A stretch of DNA of 59,034 nucleotides, filler included. It is 3 parts of 3 records of this genome, joined end to end, with 100 filler letters (N's around TTAATTAATTAA, not from the genome) between each part and the next. Parts side by side here need not be neighbours in the genome. Positions count along the whole stretch, not along the records: positions 19,283 to 50,339 come from SRR20825019_92; positions 50,440 to 59,034 come from SRR20825019_93; 1 more part is not named here. The stretch is one strand, 5' to 3'. A model generated the notes under the pieces. It did no database searches. It saw only the letters and a list, made by a program, of their open reading frames with translations, and was not told where the DNA came from. How positions within the stretch are numbered: the first letter of the stretch is position 1; every line of letters starts with the position of its first letter. The translations under genes and the position numbers were made by a program. Shown piece after piece: positions 48,101 through 56,224 of the stretch.

Positions 48101-49463
48101 AATGCGCGGAATAGTGCACACATAGACAAAAACCGGTCATCGGGATTCTTTGATATCATCTTGGCAATGATATTCCCTATCAATGGCGGCACAGCAGTAT
48201 TCAAGGTACAGACATTCGGCGGAACCGTTGCGAGGTGGCCGTATATCACGGACTCTTGGTTTGCAGAATCCTGGAAAGGAGTAGTACCTGTCAGCAGGAA
48301 AAAAAATGTAATGCCGAGGCTGTAAATATCAGATTTGATGGATATGGGGGTGTCCAGCCTCCCTGTACATTCAGGGGACATATAAAGCGGTGTTCCCACA
48401 TTTGTGGACCTCGACTGGGCGGATTCAGCGAGCAACGAAGCTATCCCAAAGTCTAGGATGGAAATAGACATTCGCCGAAGACCGGGCCTCAACTGCATTC
48501 CATCCCCATTGTCGAAATACTCCACGTTCACGGCCACATTGTCTGGTTTCATATCACGATGAAGAATATTGCATTCGTGAACATGACCCAACGAATGGAT
48601 AAGCTGACAGGCTACTACAATAAATTCTGCGACATCAAGGGGGCCAGTATTGCCAACCAATGTGGCCAGTGTCTCAGACCCTTCGTCAGAAACTACCATT
48701 GCGGCCTCAGTGCTACCCAACTCAACAAACCCAAGCCCTTTGGGGCACCTGACTACAGTAGACTCCAGTGTCGACAAAATGCTCCACTCGTGTTCAATGG
48801 CACTCTTAGGGCCGGCCTTGCACACAGCAGGGACACCTGTGTTCGCGTGCTTGCATCGATAGACAACCCCATGTGAATTCCGTTTCAGCTCGTAAACAAT
48901 AGTATATTCCAAAGTCTTCAGGGCGTATTGCAGATTCGTCATTCCCTGAGTGAATACCAAGGTTAAAACCAGAAACATACACAGAACACAAACACAACAA
49001 AATTTCGTACATCCATTTCGTAGTAAACAGCCGAGTTAGATTTGCTTTTCGAGCGAAATTTACGTGAGAAGATACTTCTATCTGAGAAGACGCTTTTCTC
49101 TTGGGTGTCCGACGAAGACTCCATTGAGACTATGGCGGTGGCTGGTGACCTGGGCTGAAAGTCAAAGAAATATGGTCAGCGTTGTCGCCCAGTTGTTAGC
49201 AGGCACAAGCCTACCAACGCATGCAAGGAAAACGGTGTTTCGAAAGTAACGCCGCGTGGTGTACCGCGAGGACTGTGTATTCCGGTTGTGTTTTCCGCTT
49301 CGCTATTGCTTGAATTCTTTCTATTTTTTTCATTGAGGGACAGCGCCCGGGAAGCCTTCTTTGGGCCTGGAAGGATCCGCCCGCTGGAACCTTGTGTCCC
49401 GACCCATGAGGTATGGCGCACAGACTTAGGAAGACTATATATACTATCGCCCTCGTTACTCAT
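42106..49463 (-). CDS. Ser/Thr kinase - STAND/AAA ATPase - GAF - class III adenylate cyclase - class I phosphodiesterase fusion (2410 aa, 3 exons)
   Basis: Exons 49463-49215, 49154-49011 and 48945-42106; introns 49214-49155 (60 nt) and 49010-48946 (65 nt), both phase 0. Motifs: HRDMKPDN/DFG/YMSPE; GDEGCGKT/VIVVDD/GNP; ISSEID..GIIYVEN..NARLY; DIRDFT/DKYIGD/VNTASRLE; YHNSTHGAD/HDFRHPAVTN/ADVSNP/QVGF. Confidence 0.92.
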
Positions 49464-49660
49464 GCTATGCGAGGGTCACTTTCGACAATACAACCAATTT
49501 CTGATATAAGTACACAAATATATGCACATCAAAACTGGCAGAACGATGACGTTTTCGTTGCAGGCTGCGCAAGAGAAGTTAACCCTGCAACGGGACCTAG
49601 CCAACAAACACAAGATGAAAGGCTCTAAAGCCGCCCAATTAGCGGAAACAACGTCAAAGT

Positions 49661-49682
49661 CTCTCTCTCTCTCTCTCTCTCT
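49661..49682. repeat. (CT)11 microsatellite
   Basis: Pure CT run ~200 bp upstream of the fusion gene start. Confidence 0.92.
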
Positions 49683-50339
49683 ATCCGTTCCCCCCACACC
49701 CACCCCTCTCAGTCTCTTGAGCTCGATGTGGCCCCAATACACTTCGCCATACATGGGCAGCCATGCTTCGAAAAGGAGATGGCTAACAAGAAGAACTGGG
49801 CAATATCCTCTCGACTGGCGCGGATACCGTTTGACCATTTGCCACAACTGCGTTCCCCTGCGTTGAGGCGACTGACGTTGGAGACTTGTCCTGGTTGAGC
49901 CCACAAGCCTCTCACTGATCGACTGAATTCGGCGGTCCCGGGCAGCCGGCCTGTGGGGGCTGTGAGGGCATGATGGTGTGTTCATGGTGCGGCCCGGCCG
50001 CACGCCGCACAGTCGAAATTCAGTGCCCAGCGGCAGGCCGAATGGGACCGAAGGCCCCCTGGCTCGGACTGAGCCGCGAAGCAGCAACGCATCGGAGATA
50101 ACAACCCCACTGACCCCATCCGAAATCGTCAAAACCCGAGGAGGCACAGGGGACGGTAGTAGACCACAGAGCCAATGAGACAATTCAAGGGTTTTTATAA
50201 TATGTCTATATTTAGAATAATGTAGGAAATACCACATCTTCAAAATATAGTTCTGGATTGATCTCGGGATGAAGTCAGTATTTGTATACCAATGTTAACA
50301 CAAATGATATGTTGTTCATGTAATTGTGCACATGATACC

Positions 50340-50439
50340 NNNNNNNNNNNNNNNNNNNNNNNNNNNNNNNNNNNNNNNNNNNNTTAATTAATTAANNNNN
50401 NNNNNNNNNNNNNNNNNNNNNNNNNNNNNNNNNNNNNNN
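50340..50439. other. Artificial contig-joining spacer
   Basis: 44 N + TTAATTAATTAA (50384-50395) + 44 N. Confidence 0.98.
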
Positions 50440-50440
50440 G

Positions 50441-50617
50441 GATCTGGCGGATGCGCTGGGCCTGTCGCTTGTTCACACCAACAAAACTCTGAGCAAATTG
50501 CGCACGCGTCAGCTGGCGAACTGGAGCGACGACGCGTTGATCGTCAATGATCTGGGCGCCCTGGCTAAGGCCGCTTGCATGACGCTGGAACCTTTGATGA
50601 AACGTCCGATCATGTAA
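50441..50617 (+). CDS. Crp/Fnr family regulator, C-terminal HTH fragment (5'-truncated)
   Basis: Translates DLADALGLSLVHTNKTLSKLR...KRPIM*; absent from the ORF track. Confidence 0.85.
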   Translation, partial: DLADALGLSLVHTNKTLSKLRTRQLANWSDDALIVNDLGALAKAACMTLEPLMKRPIM

Positions 50618-50646
50618 GCGGATCGTCAAAGATCGAACAGGTCCGG

Positions 50647-50679
50647 GACCCTCTGCACGCCCCTGCAGAGGGTCTTTTT
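50647..50679 (+). terminator. Intrinsic terminator
   Basis: 11-bp stem GACCCTCTGCA/TGCAGAGGGTC, 6-nt loop, then TTTTT; lies between convergent genes. Confidence 0.85.
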
Positions 50680-50680
50680 G

Positions 50681-51559
50681 TTATCGTGGCTCCGCCGCCA
50701 GTACATCATCCTTGACCTGACCCCAGGCGATCAGCGCAAAGACCACCGTGCCACCAACGATATTGCCCGCCAGCACCGGAATGAAAAAGCCGAACAAAGC
50801 CTCGGTCGGGCCAAGCAACCCTTGCACCGCAAGATAAGCCATTTCGACCGACCCTGCGACGATGTGGGTAAAGTCACCCGCCGCGATCAGCCATGTGAAT
50901 GTCAGGATGATGAAAAACCCGGATTCGTCCGCCTGCGGCAGCATCCACACGATGGCCGCGACCAGAATGCCCGCCGGAATCGCGCGGAAAAAGCTTTCGT
51001 CCGCGGGCATATGGATTGCATGTTCAGACAAGGACAGCAGCGCAGGCGCAAGGTTTTCAGGGATCGCGGGCGTATAGGCGTAAAGCGTCGCAATACAGAA
51101 CGCCCCCAGCACGTTGGCCCCCAGCACAATCACCCACAGCCGCGCCACGCAGGCGAAATTATGGGCCGTTGGTTTGACCATCAGCGGCAGCACCGTGGTG
51201 ATGGTGTTTTCGGTGAACAGTTGCATCCGGCCCATGATGACCAGCAAAAAGCCCAGCGAATAGCCGAAGTTCTCGATCAGGAACGACCATGGCGCATCGG
51301 GCAGATAGGTTCGCAGGATCGCCTCGCCCAGCACCGAAAAGCTGATCATGATGCCAGCGGCCGTACCGGACCAGAACAGCGACCGCTTGGTGCGCGCCAG
51401 CTCTTCCTCGCCATCGCGGCGGATCACTTCGTAAATCAGCTTTGACGACAGTTTGGCCGCGGCTTCGACCGACTCGCGTTCGGTTTCTTCGTCAAGGGGC
51501 ACCGCACCGGGATCGTTCTCGTGAATAGATACCATTTTATGTTCGTCCCAGTTGGTCAT
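50681..51559 (-). CDS. Formate/nitrite transporter family protein (YfdC-like)
   Basis: GEEELAR, QLFTENT, HIVAGS, GNIVGG; multiple TM helices. Confidence 0.9.
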   Translation of the reverse strand: MTNWDEHKMVSIHENDPGAVPLDEETERESVEAAAKLSSKLIYEVIRRDGEEELARTKRSLFWSGTAAGIMISFSVLGEAILRTYLPDAPWSFLIENFGYSLGFLLVIMGRMQLFTENTITTVLPLMVKPTAHNFACVARLWVIVLGANVLGAFCIATLYAYTPAIPENLAPALLSLSEHAIHMPADESFFRAIPAGILVAAIVWMLPQADESGFFIILTFTWLIAAGDFTHIVAGSVEMAYLAVQGLLGPTEALFGFFIPVLAGNIVGGTVVFALIAWGQVKDDVLAAEPR

Positions 51560-51662
51560 CGGACTTTAACACGCGGACCTCTTGTTTGGTTCCCGTTTAT
51601 CTGGTGCCATTGCCGCGTAGGTGTTCTGCCCCACATTGCAGCCTGACACTTTGGAGAGATAC

Positions 51663-52889
51663 ATGTTCGGATCGCGCGCCTATGTACTGAAAATCGCACA
51701 AGACGTGCGATCCAGCTATTGGTTTATTCCCTCCACCCTGGTGGTCGCGGCCCTTTTGCTGTCTGAACTGACCCAGTGGATCGACCACAACCCCGATATG
51801 CTGCCTGTCGCGCTGCCGGATGATTTTCTGAACACACAGGTGGACGGCGCGCGGCAAACGCTGGCGGTGATTGCGCAATCGATCATCGGGGTGACGGGTG
51901 TGATGTTCTCGATCACCATGGTGGCGGTGTCCTTTGCCTCTGGCAACTTCGGGCCGCGGCTGATCGGGAACTTTATGCGCGACCGGGGCAACCAGACAAG
52001 TCTGGGCCTGCTGATTTCGTCCTTTGTCTACACGCTGATGATCCTGCGCGCGGTGCAAAGTTCCGGTGCGGACGGGCTGGAATCCTTCGTGCCGCAATAT
52101 TCGATGGTCGCGGCGATCCTGCTGACGTTGATGTCGGTGGGCACGTTGATCTATTTCCTGCACCATATTCCGGAAACCATCAATGTATCGAACATTTCGG
52201 CCGCGTTGGGGCGCAGATTGGCGCGGGGAATCGAACGGATCATCGACAACCACGCCGAACGGACACCTGAACCCGAAGTGCAGCCTGCAAAGAATGCGAC
52301 CGAGACCGAGCTGAGCCTTGGGCGTGCGGGCTATATCCAGCAGCTGGATCTGACAGGTCTGTTTGAACTTGCCGAAGAAAACGACTGGGTGGTCCATGTC
52401 GCCGTCGAGATCGGCAGCTTTGTCAGCATGTACGAAACGGTCCTGACCGTCTATTCGGCCAGCGCACCCACGGCAGACCAATGCGACAGCCTGTGTTCCA
52501 GCTTTGCCGTCGGTGAAGAGCAGACCGAGGCGCAGGACATCACATTCATGATCGACCAGCTGGTCGAGATGTTGGCGCGGGCCTTGTCGCCGGGGGTGAA
52601 TGATCCGTTTACCGCATTGAATTGCCTGAACTGGCTGCGCAACGGCATCAGCGTCGCCTTGCAATACAAAGGTGGGCTTGCCCCGGTGCCGCGGGCGCGC
52701 GTGCAATACCGCAGCCTGACCCTGCAGCATTTGCTGAACATCAGTTTTCGTGCCGCCGCACCCTATTGCATGCCCGACAAGATGGCGCGCGACCATTGGA
52801 TGTTCTCCGTGCGCAGCCTGATGGACGCGGCCACGGGCGAACATAAAAAGACCGTGGCCAAGCTGCTTGAGGAATTTGAAAAAGCCTGA
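51663..52889 (+). CDS. DUF2254 family membrane protein
   Basis: SSYWFIP, FSITMVA..ASGNFGPRL, ARALSPGVNDPFTA. ATG at 51663 follows GGAG. Confidence 0.88.
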   Translation: MFGSRAYVLKIAQDVRSSYWFIPSTLVVAALLLSELTQWIDHNPDMLPVALPDDFLNTQVDGARQTLAVIAQSIIGVTGVMFSITMVAVSFASGNFGPRLIGNFMRDRGNQTSLGLLISSFVYTLMILRAVQSSGADGLESFVPQYSMVAAILLTLMSVGTLIYFLHHIPETINVSNISAALGRRLARGIERIIDNHAERTPEPEVQPAKNATETELSLGRAGYIQQLDLTGLFELAEENDWVVHVAVEIGSFVSMYETVLTVYSASAPTADQCDSLCSSFAVGEEQTEAQDITFMIDQLVEMLARALSPGVNDPFTALNCLNWLRNGISVALQYKGGLAPVPRARVQYRSLTLQHLLNISFRAAAPYCMPDKMARDHWMFSVRSLMDAATGEHKKTVAKLLEEFEKA

Positions 52890-52958
52890 GCGCAGCCATT
52901 TGCCAAACCGGATCACTTGTCGCACAACTGCGGCACTGCTGATTGAAAGGTTCCCGTC

Positions 52959-53654
52959 ATGCGTTTCGTCTTTCCACCCGCTCCCCAGGCCGCTCTGGCC
53001 GTTGCAGGCAGCACCGACCATTTCCCGGTGCGGCGTGTCTTTTGCGTCGGGCGCAACTATGCCGCCCACGCCCGCGAGTTCGGCAATGACCCTGACCGCG
53101 ACCCGCCGTTCTTTTTCACCAAGCCGGCGGACGCGGTGGTGAACACGCCCTGCACCGTGCCCTATCCGCCGCTGACCGAGGACCTGCATTTCGAGATCGA
53201 GCTGGTCATTGCCATCGGCAAGGGGGGCGCAGACATCGCGGCTGGGGATGTACCCGATCATATCTGGGGCGCTTCGGTCGGAATCGACCTGACCCGCCGT
53301 GATTTGCAGAACGAAGCCAAGAAGATGAGCCGCCCGTGGGACTGGAGCAAGGCCTTTGACCACTCGGCGCCGATCGCCCCCATCGTGCCGATGGCCGATG
53401 TGCCCAGCCTGACGCAGGGGCGCATCTGGCTGGCCGTGAACGGCGAGATCAAGCAAGACGCCGACATCGCCGATCTGATCTGGCCGGTGGCCGATCACAT
53501 CGCAACGCTGAGCCAGGCGATGACACTGGCCCCCGGTGACATCATCATGACGGGCACGCCTGCGGGCGTGGGGGTGGTGACGCCCGGTGACGTGATGACG
53601 GGCGGTGTCGATGGCATTGCTGAACTTGAGGTGACAGTGGGGCCGCGGGCATGA
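52959..53654 (+). CDS. Fumarylacetoacetate hydrolase family protein (fumarylpyruvate hydrolase-like)
   Basis: RRVFCVGRNYAAH, PFFFTKP, HFEIEL, DLTRRDLQ, TGTPAGVG. Confidence 0.92.
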   Translation: MRFVFPPAPQAALAVAGSTDHFPVRRVFCVGRNYAAHAREFGNDPDRDPPFFFTKPADAVVNTPCTVPYPPLTEDLHFEIELVIAIGKGGADIAAGDVPDHIWGASVGIDLTRRDLQNEAKKMSRPWDWSKAFDHSAPIAPIVPMADVPSLTQGRIWLAVNGEIKQDADIADLIWPVADHIATLSQAMTLAPGDIIMTGTPAGVGVVTPGDVMTGGVDGIAELEVTVGPRA

Positions 53655-54295
53655 CGCTTGTCCTGCACAACTATTTCCGCTCGTCCACGTCGACACGTGT
53701 GCGGGCGGCACTGAACCTCAAGGGGCTGGCCTATGACTATGTGTCCTATGCGCTGCTCAAGGACGAACAGCGCGGGGCGGCGCATCTGGCGCTGAACCCG
53801 CAAGGGCTGGTGCCGACCTTGGTGACGGATGAAGGTGCGCTGCCGCAGTCGCTGGCGATCATCGAATGGCTGGACGAGGTACACCCCGAGCCGCCCTTGC
53901 TGCCCGCCGACGCATGGGGTCGTGCGCGGGTGCGCAGTCTGGCGCATATCATCGCGCTGGATGTGCATCCGGTGAATAACCTGCGCATTCTCAAACACCT
54001 TGAAACCGAATATGGCGTCGATGCCGACGGCAAGGCCGCGTGGTTCCGCAAATGGGCACAGGCGGGGATGCAGAGCCTTGAGGCGCGCCTGTCCTCAGAG
54101 GCTGAAACCGGCACCTTTTGCCACGGGGATATCCCCGGTCTGGCCGATCTGTGCCTGTTCGCGCAGGTGTTGAACAACGGACGGTTCGGCGTGGGGCTGG
54201 ATGCCTATCCGACCATTGCGCGCATTCACGCGGCCTGTATGGCATTGCCTGCGTTTGAACGCGCAGCCCCCGCCAACCAGCCCGACGCGACCTGA
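53651..54295 (+). CDS. maiA: Maleylacetoacetate/maleylpyruvate isomerase (GST zeta)
   Basis: YFRSSTSTRVR, NPQGLVP, QSLAIIEWL, HPVNNLRIL, PANQPDA; ATGA overlap with the hydrolase. Confidence 0.93.
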   Translation: MTLVLHNYFRSSTSTRVRAALNLKGLAYDYVSYALLKDEQRGAAHLALNPQGLVPTLVTDEGALPQSLAIIEWLDEVHPEPPLLPADAWGRARVRSLAHIIALDVHPVNNLRILKHLETEYGVDADGKAAWFRKWAQAGMQSLEARLSSEAETGTFCHGDIPGLADLCLFAQVLNNGRFGVGLDAYPTIARIHAACMALPAFERAAPANQPDAT

Positions 54296-54381
54296 TGCGA
54301 CACCGTGGCACGCGGCCTTCGTCTGGCTGCGTGCTACTCTGGATCTGGACAATGCTGAAGCCAGTTGATCGGAGTGACCCC

Positions 54382-54855
54382 ATGAAATCCATGTTCCGCG
54401 TTCTTGCCATCTTCGCCCTCGCCACACCTGCCTTTGCCGACAGTCACGCGGCGGGGGATGCCGACGCCGGGGCCAAGACCTTTGGCAGATGCAAAAGCTG
54501 CCACATGATCGCCAATGGCGACCAAGTGATCGAAAAGGGCGGGCGCACCGGGCCGAACCTCTATGGGGTGATCGGGCGTCAGGCGGGCACCGCCGAAGGA
54601 TACAGCTATCAAAAGTCGATCGTTGCCGCGGGCGAGGCTGGCCTGGTCTGGGACGAGGAATCGCTGACCAAATATGTCGCCGATCCGCGTGAATTCCTGC
54701 GCGAATTTCTGGACGATTCCAAGGCCAAGTCGGGCATGTCCTTCAAGCTGAAAAAAGGCGGCGCTGATGTGGCTGCCTATCTGGCGCGCGTCGGTCCCGA
54801 GGTTGCACCGGCAGAAGCAGATGCCGCAGCAGCGCCTGCCGACAGCGACAGCTAA
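54382..54855 (+). CDS. Periplasmic class I cytochrome c (c2/c550-like)
   Basis: Signal peptide ending PAFA, CKSCH heme motif, TGPNLYGV, KSGMSFKL (axial Met). ATG at 54382 follows GGAG. Confidence 0.93.
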   Translation: MKSMFRVLAIFALATPAFADSHAAGDADAGAKTFGRCKSCHMIANGDQVIEKGGRTGPNLYGVIGRQAGTAEGYSYQKSIVAAGEAGLVWDEESLTKYVADPREFLREFLDDSKAKSGMSFKLKKGGADVAAYLARVGPEVAPAEADAAAAPADSDS

Positions 54856-54859
54856 GAAT

Positions 54860-56224
54860 TTAACGCGCGGTGCGGGCCTGTGCCTGCGCCGCAAGTTCCG
54901 GCAGGCCGTTGCGGGTATAGACCTCGGCCAGCATCCGGTTCAGCGGCACGCCATCGGGATCATAGGTACGCCGCATTTCCAGCACTTGCTGTGCCCGCGC
55001 CACGTCTCCGTTTTCCATCAACGCATCCAGATGGATCTGGTCAAACAGATCGCGCTGGGCATGGCTGCCGCCACATTCGGCCAGACGGGGCAGGGCGATG
55101 CCCAGCAGCCGTGCGGCTTCGGCCCAGTCGCGGTTGGCATGTGCCACGATCCCCTGGGCTGCGGGCAGGGCCACTTCGGCCCATGCGCGATAATCGTGCT
55201 GCGTGCTGTCGGCGGCGCGGTCCGTGATCGCCTGCATCAGCACATCCATCGCTGCACGATCATCGGTGCGCCCCAGCCCATACAGGTATTGCAGCGTCAG
55301 GAACGGGCTGACCGTATCGGCCCCGCGCTGCGCCACATGGGCCACCACATCGGCCCAGCGGTCGCCCACGTCGATCCCAGCGAAGTCCAGCCGCGCCAGC
55401 AGCGACACAGCCCCGACCTGATCCTGACTGTAATCCTTGGCCAGCCCCCAGACGTGTTCATCATAGGCTTGCAGTACATCCTCGTGCCGCCCTTGGCTGA
55501 TGTAGAACAGCGCCAGATGCCACCAGTTGTGGCTGCGCATAAAGCTGTTCAGATCCTGCCACGTGTCCGCGACGCTTTCCAGAAAGACGATGCCACCGGT
55601 CACGTCGCCGCGCGTCAGATAGATATGTGCCAGCGCGTGATGCGCCCACGGATCGTCGTGCCGCAGCCGCATTGAGCGCCGCGCGGCGGCTTCGGCCTCT
55701 TTCAGCAGGTGACATTCCTCGTAGCCGAATGCCAGCATACCATGGGCATAGGCGATGTCCTCGGCCCCCGGAAAGGCGCGGGTGGCGATGCGCAGCATGG
55801 CCGGGAAATCACCAATGTTGAACGTGTGGTATTGGCCCAGCTTCAGCATCACCATGTCACGCGGGTAACGGCGGATGGTTTCTTCGCACAGGGCAATCAG
55901 CTCGGGGATCTTGCCGTCGTGAAACAGCCGGGCGGCGTGAACGGTCGCCTGTTCGCGGGGTGTGGCATTGGGCGCGGCCGCTTCGGCAGCCTGCAGAAAA
56001 GGTGCGGCCAGTTGCGGGGCAATGGGTGCCTCCAGCAGCATGTAGAGGATCGCGGCATAGGCGTTGATCAACGCACAGTCGGGTGCTGCCTCGGCGGCCT
56101 TCAGCACATTGGCCGCCTTGGTCTGAAAGCTGATGAAACCGTGCACAAAATCGTCGATGCCTTGCAGGGCGGCATCATCGGCACCGGTGACGGGCAGGCC
56201 ATACAGGTCGGTCATCTCAGGCAT
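54860..56224 (-). CDS. TPR protein, TTC38-like
   Basis: GMLAFGYEE, DPWAHHALAH, HNWWHLAL, GGSHAQRDLF. Start may be at 56215. Confidence 0.88.
   Translation of the reverse strand: MPEMTDLYGLPVTGADDAALQGIDDFVHGFISFQTKAANVLKAAEAAPDCALINAYAAILYMLLEAPIAPQLAAPFLQAAEAAAPNATPREQATVHAARLFHDGKIPELIALCEETIRRYPRDMVMLKLGQYHTFNIGDFPAMLRIATRAFPGAEDIAYAHGMLAFGYEECHLLKEAEAAARRSMRLRHDDPWAHHALAHIYLTRGDVTGGIVFLESVADTWQDLNSFMRSHNWWHLALFYISQGRHEDVLQAYDEHVWGLAKDYSQDQVGAVSLLARLDFAGIDVGDRWADVVAHVAQRGADTVSPFLTLQYLYGLGRTDDRAAMDVLMQAITDRAADSTQHDYRAWAEVALPAAQGIVAHANRDWAEAARLLGIALPRLAECGGSHAQRDLFDQIHLDALMENGDVARAQQVLEMRRTYDPDGVPLNRMLAEVYTRNGLPELAAQAQARTAR

Noticed and set aside
39673-49463. FN3 protein as the receptor for the adjacent cAMP fusion enzyme
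   Set aside because: Adjacency of convergent eukaryotic genes is not evidence of functional linkage.
49476-50243. 255-aa minus-strand ORF
   Set aside because: It runs through the CT microsatellite and a GC-rich patch, has no domain-like content, and more likely is promoter or UTR.
19283-50339. Eukaryotic island, prophage or giant-virus insertion in a bacterial chromosome
   Set aside because: The segment is bounded by artificial linkers rather than att sites, contains spliceosomal-type introns, and shows no viral hallmark genes.
50384-50629. 81-aa ORF containing an X run
   Set aside because: Antisense to the Crp fragment and extends into the artificial spacer.
51597-53711. 704-aa minus-strand ORF
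   Set aside because: Antisense shadow of the DUF2254 and FAA hydrolase genes in GC-rich DNA, with no recognisable motifs.
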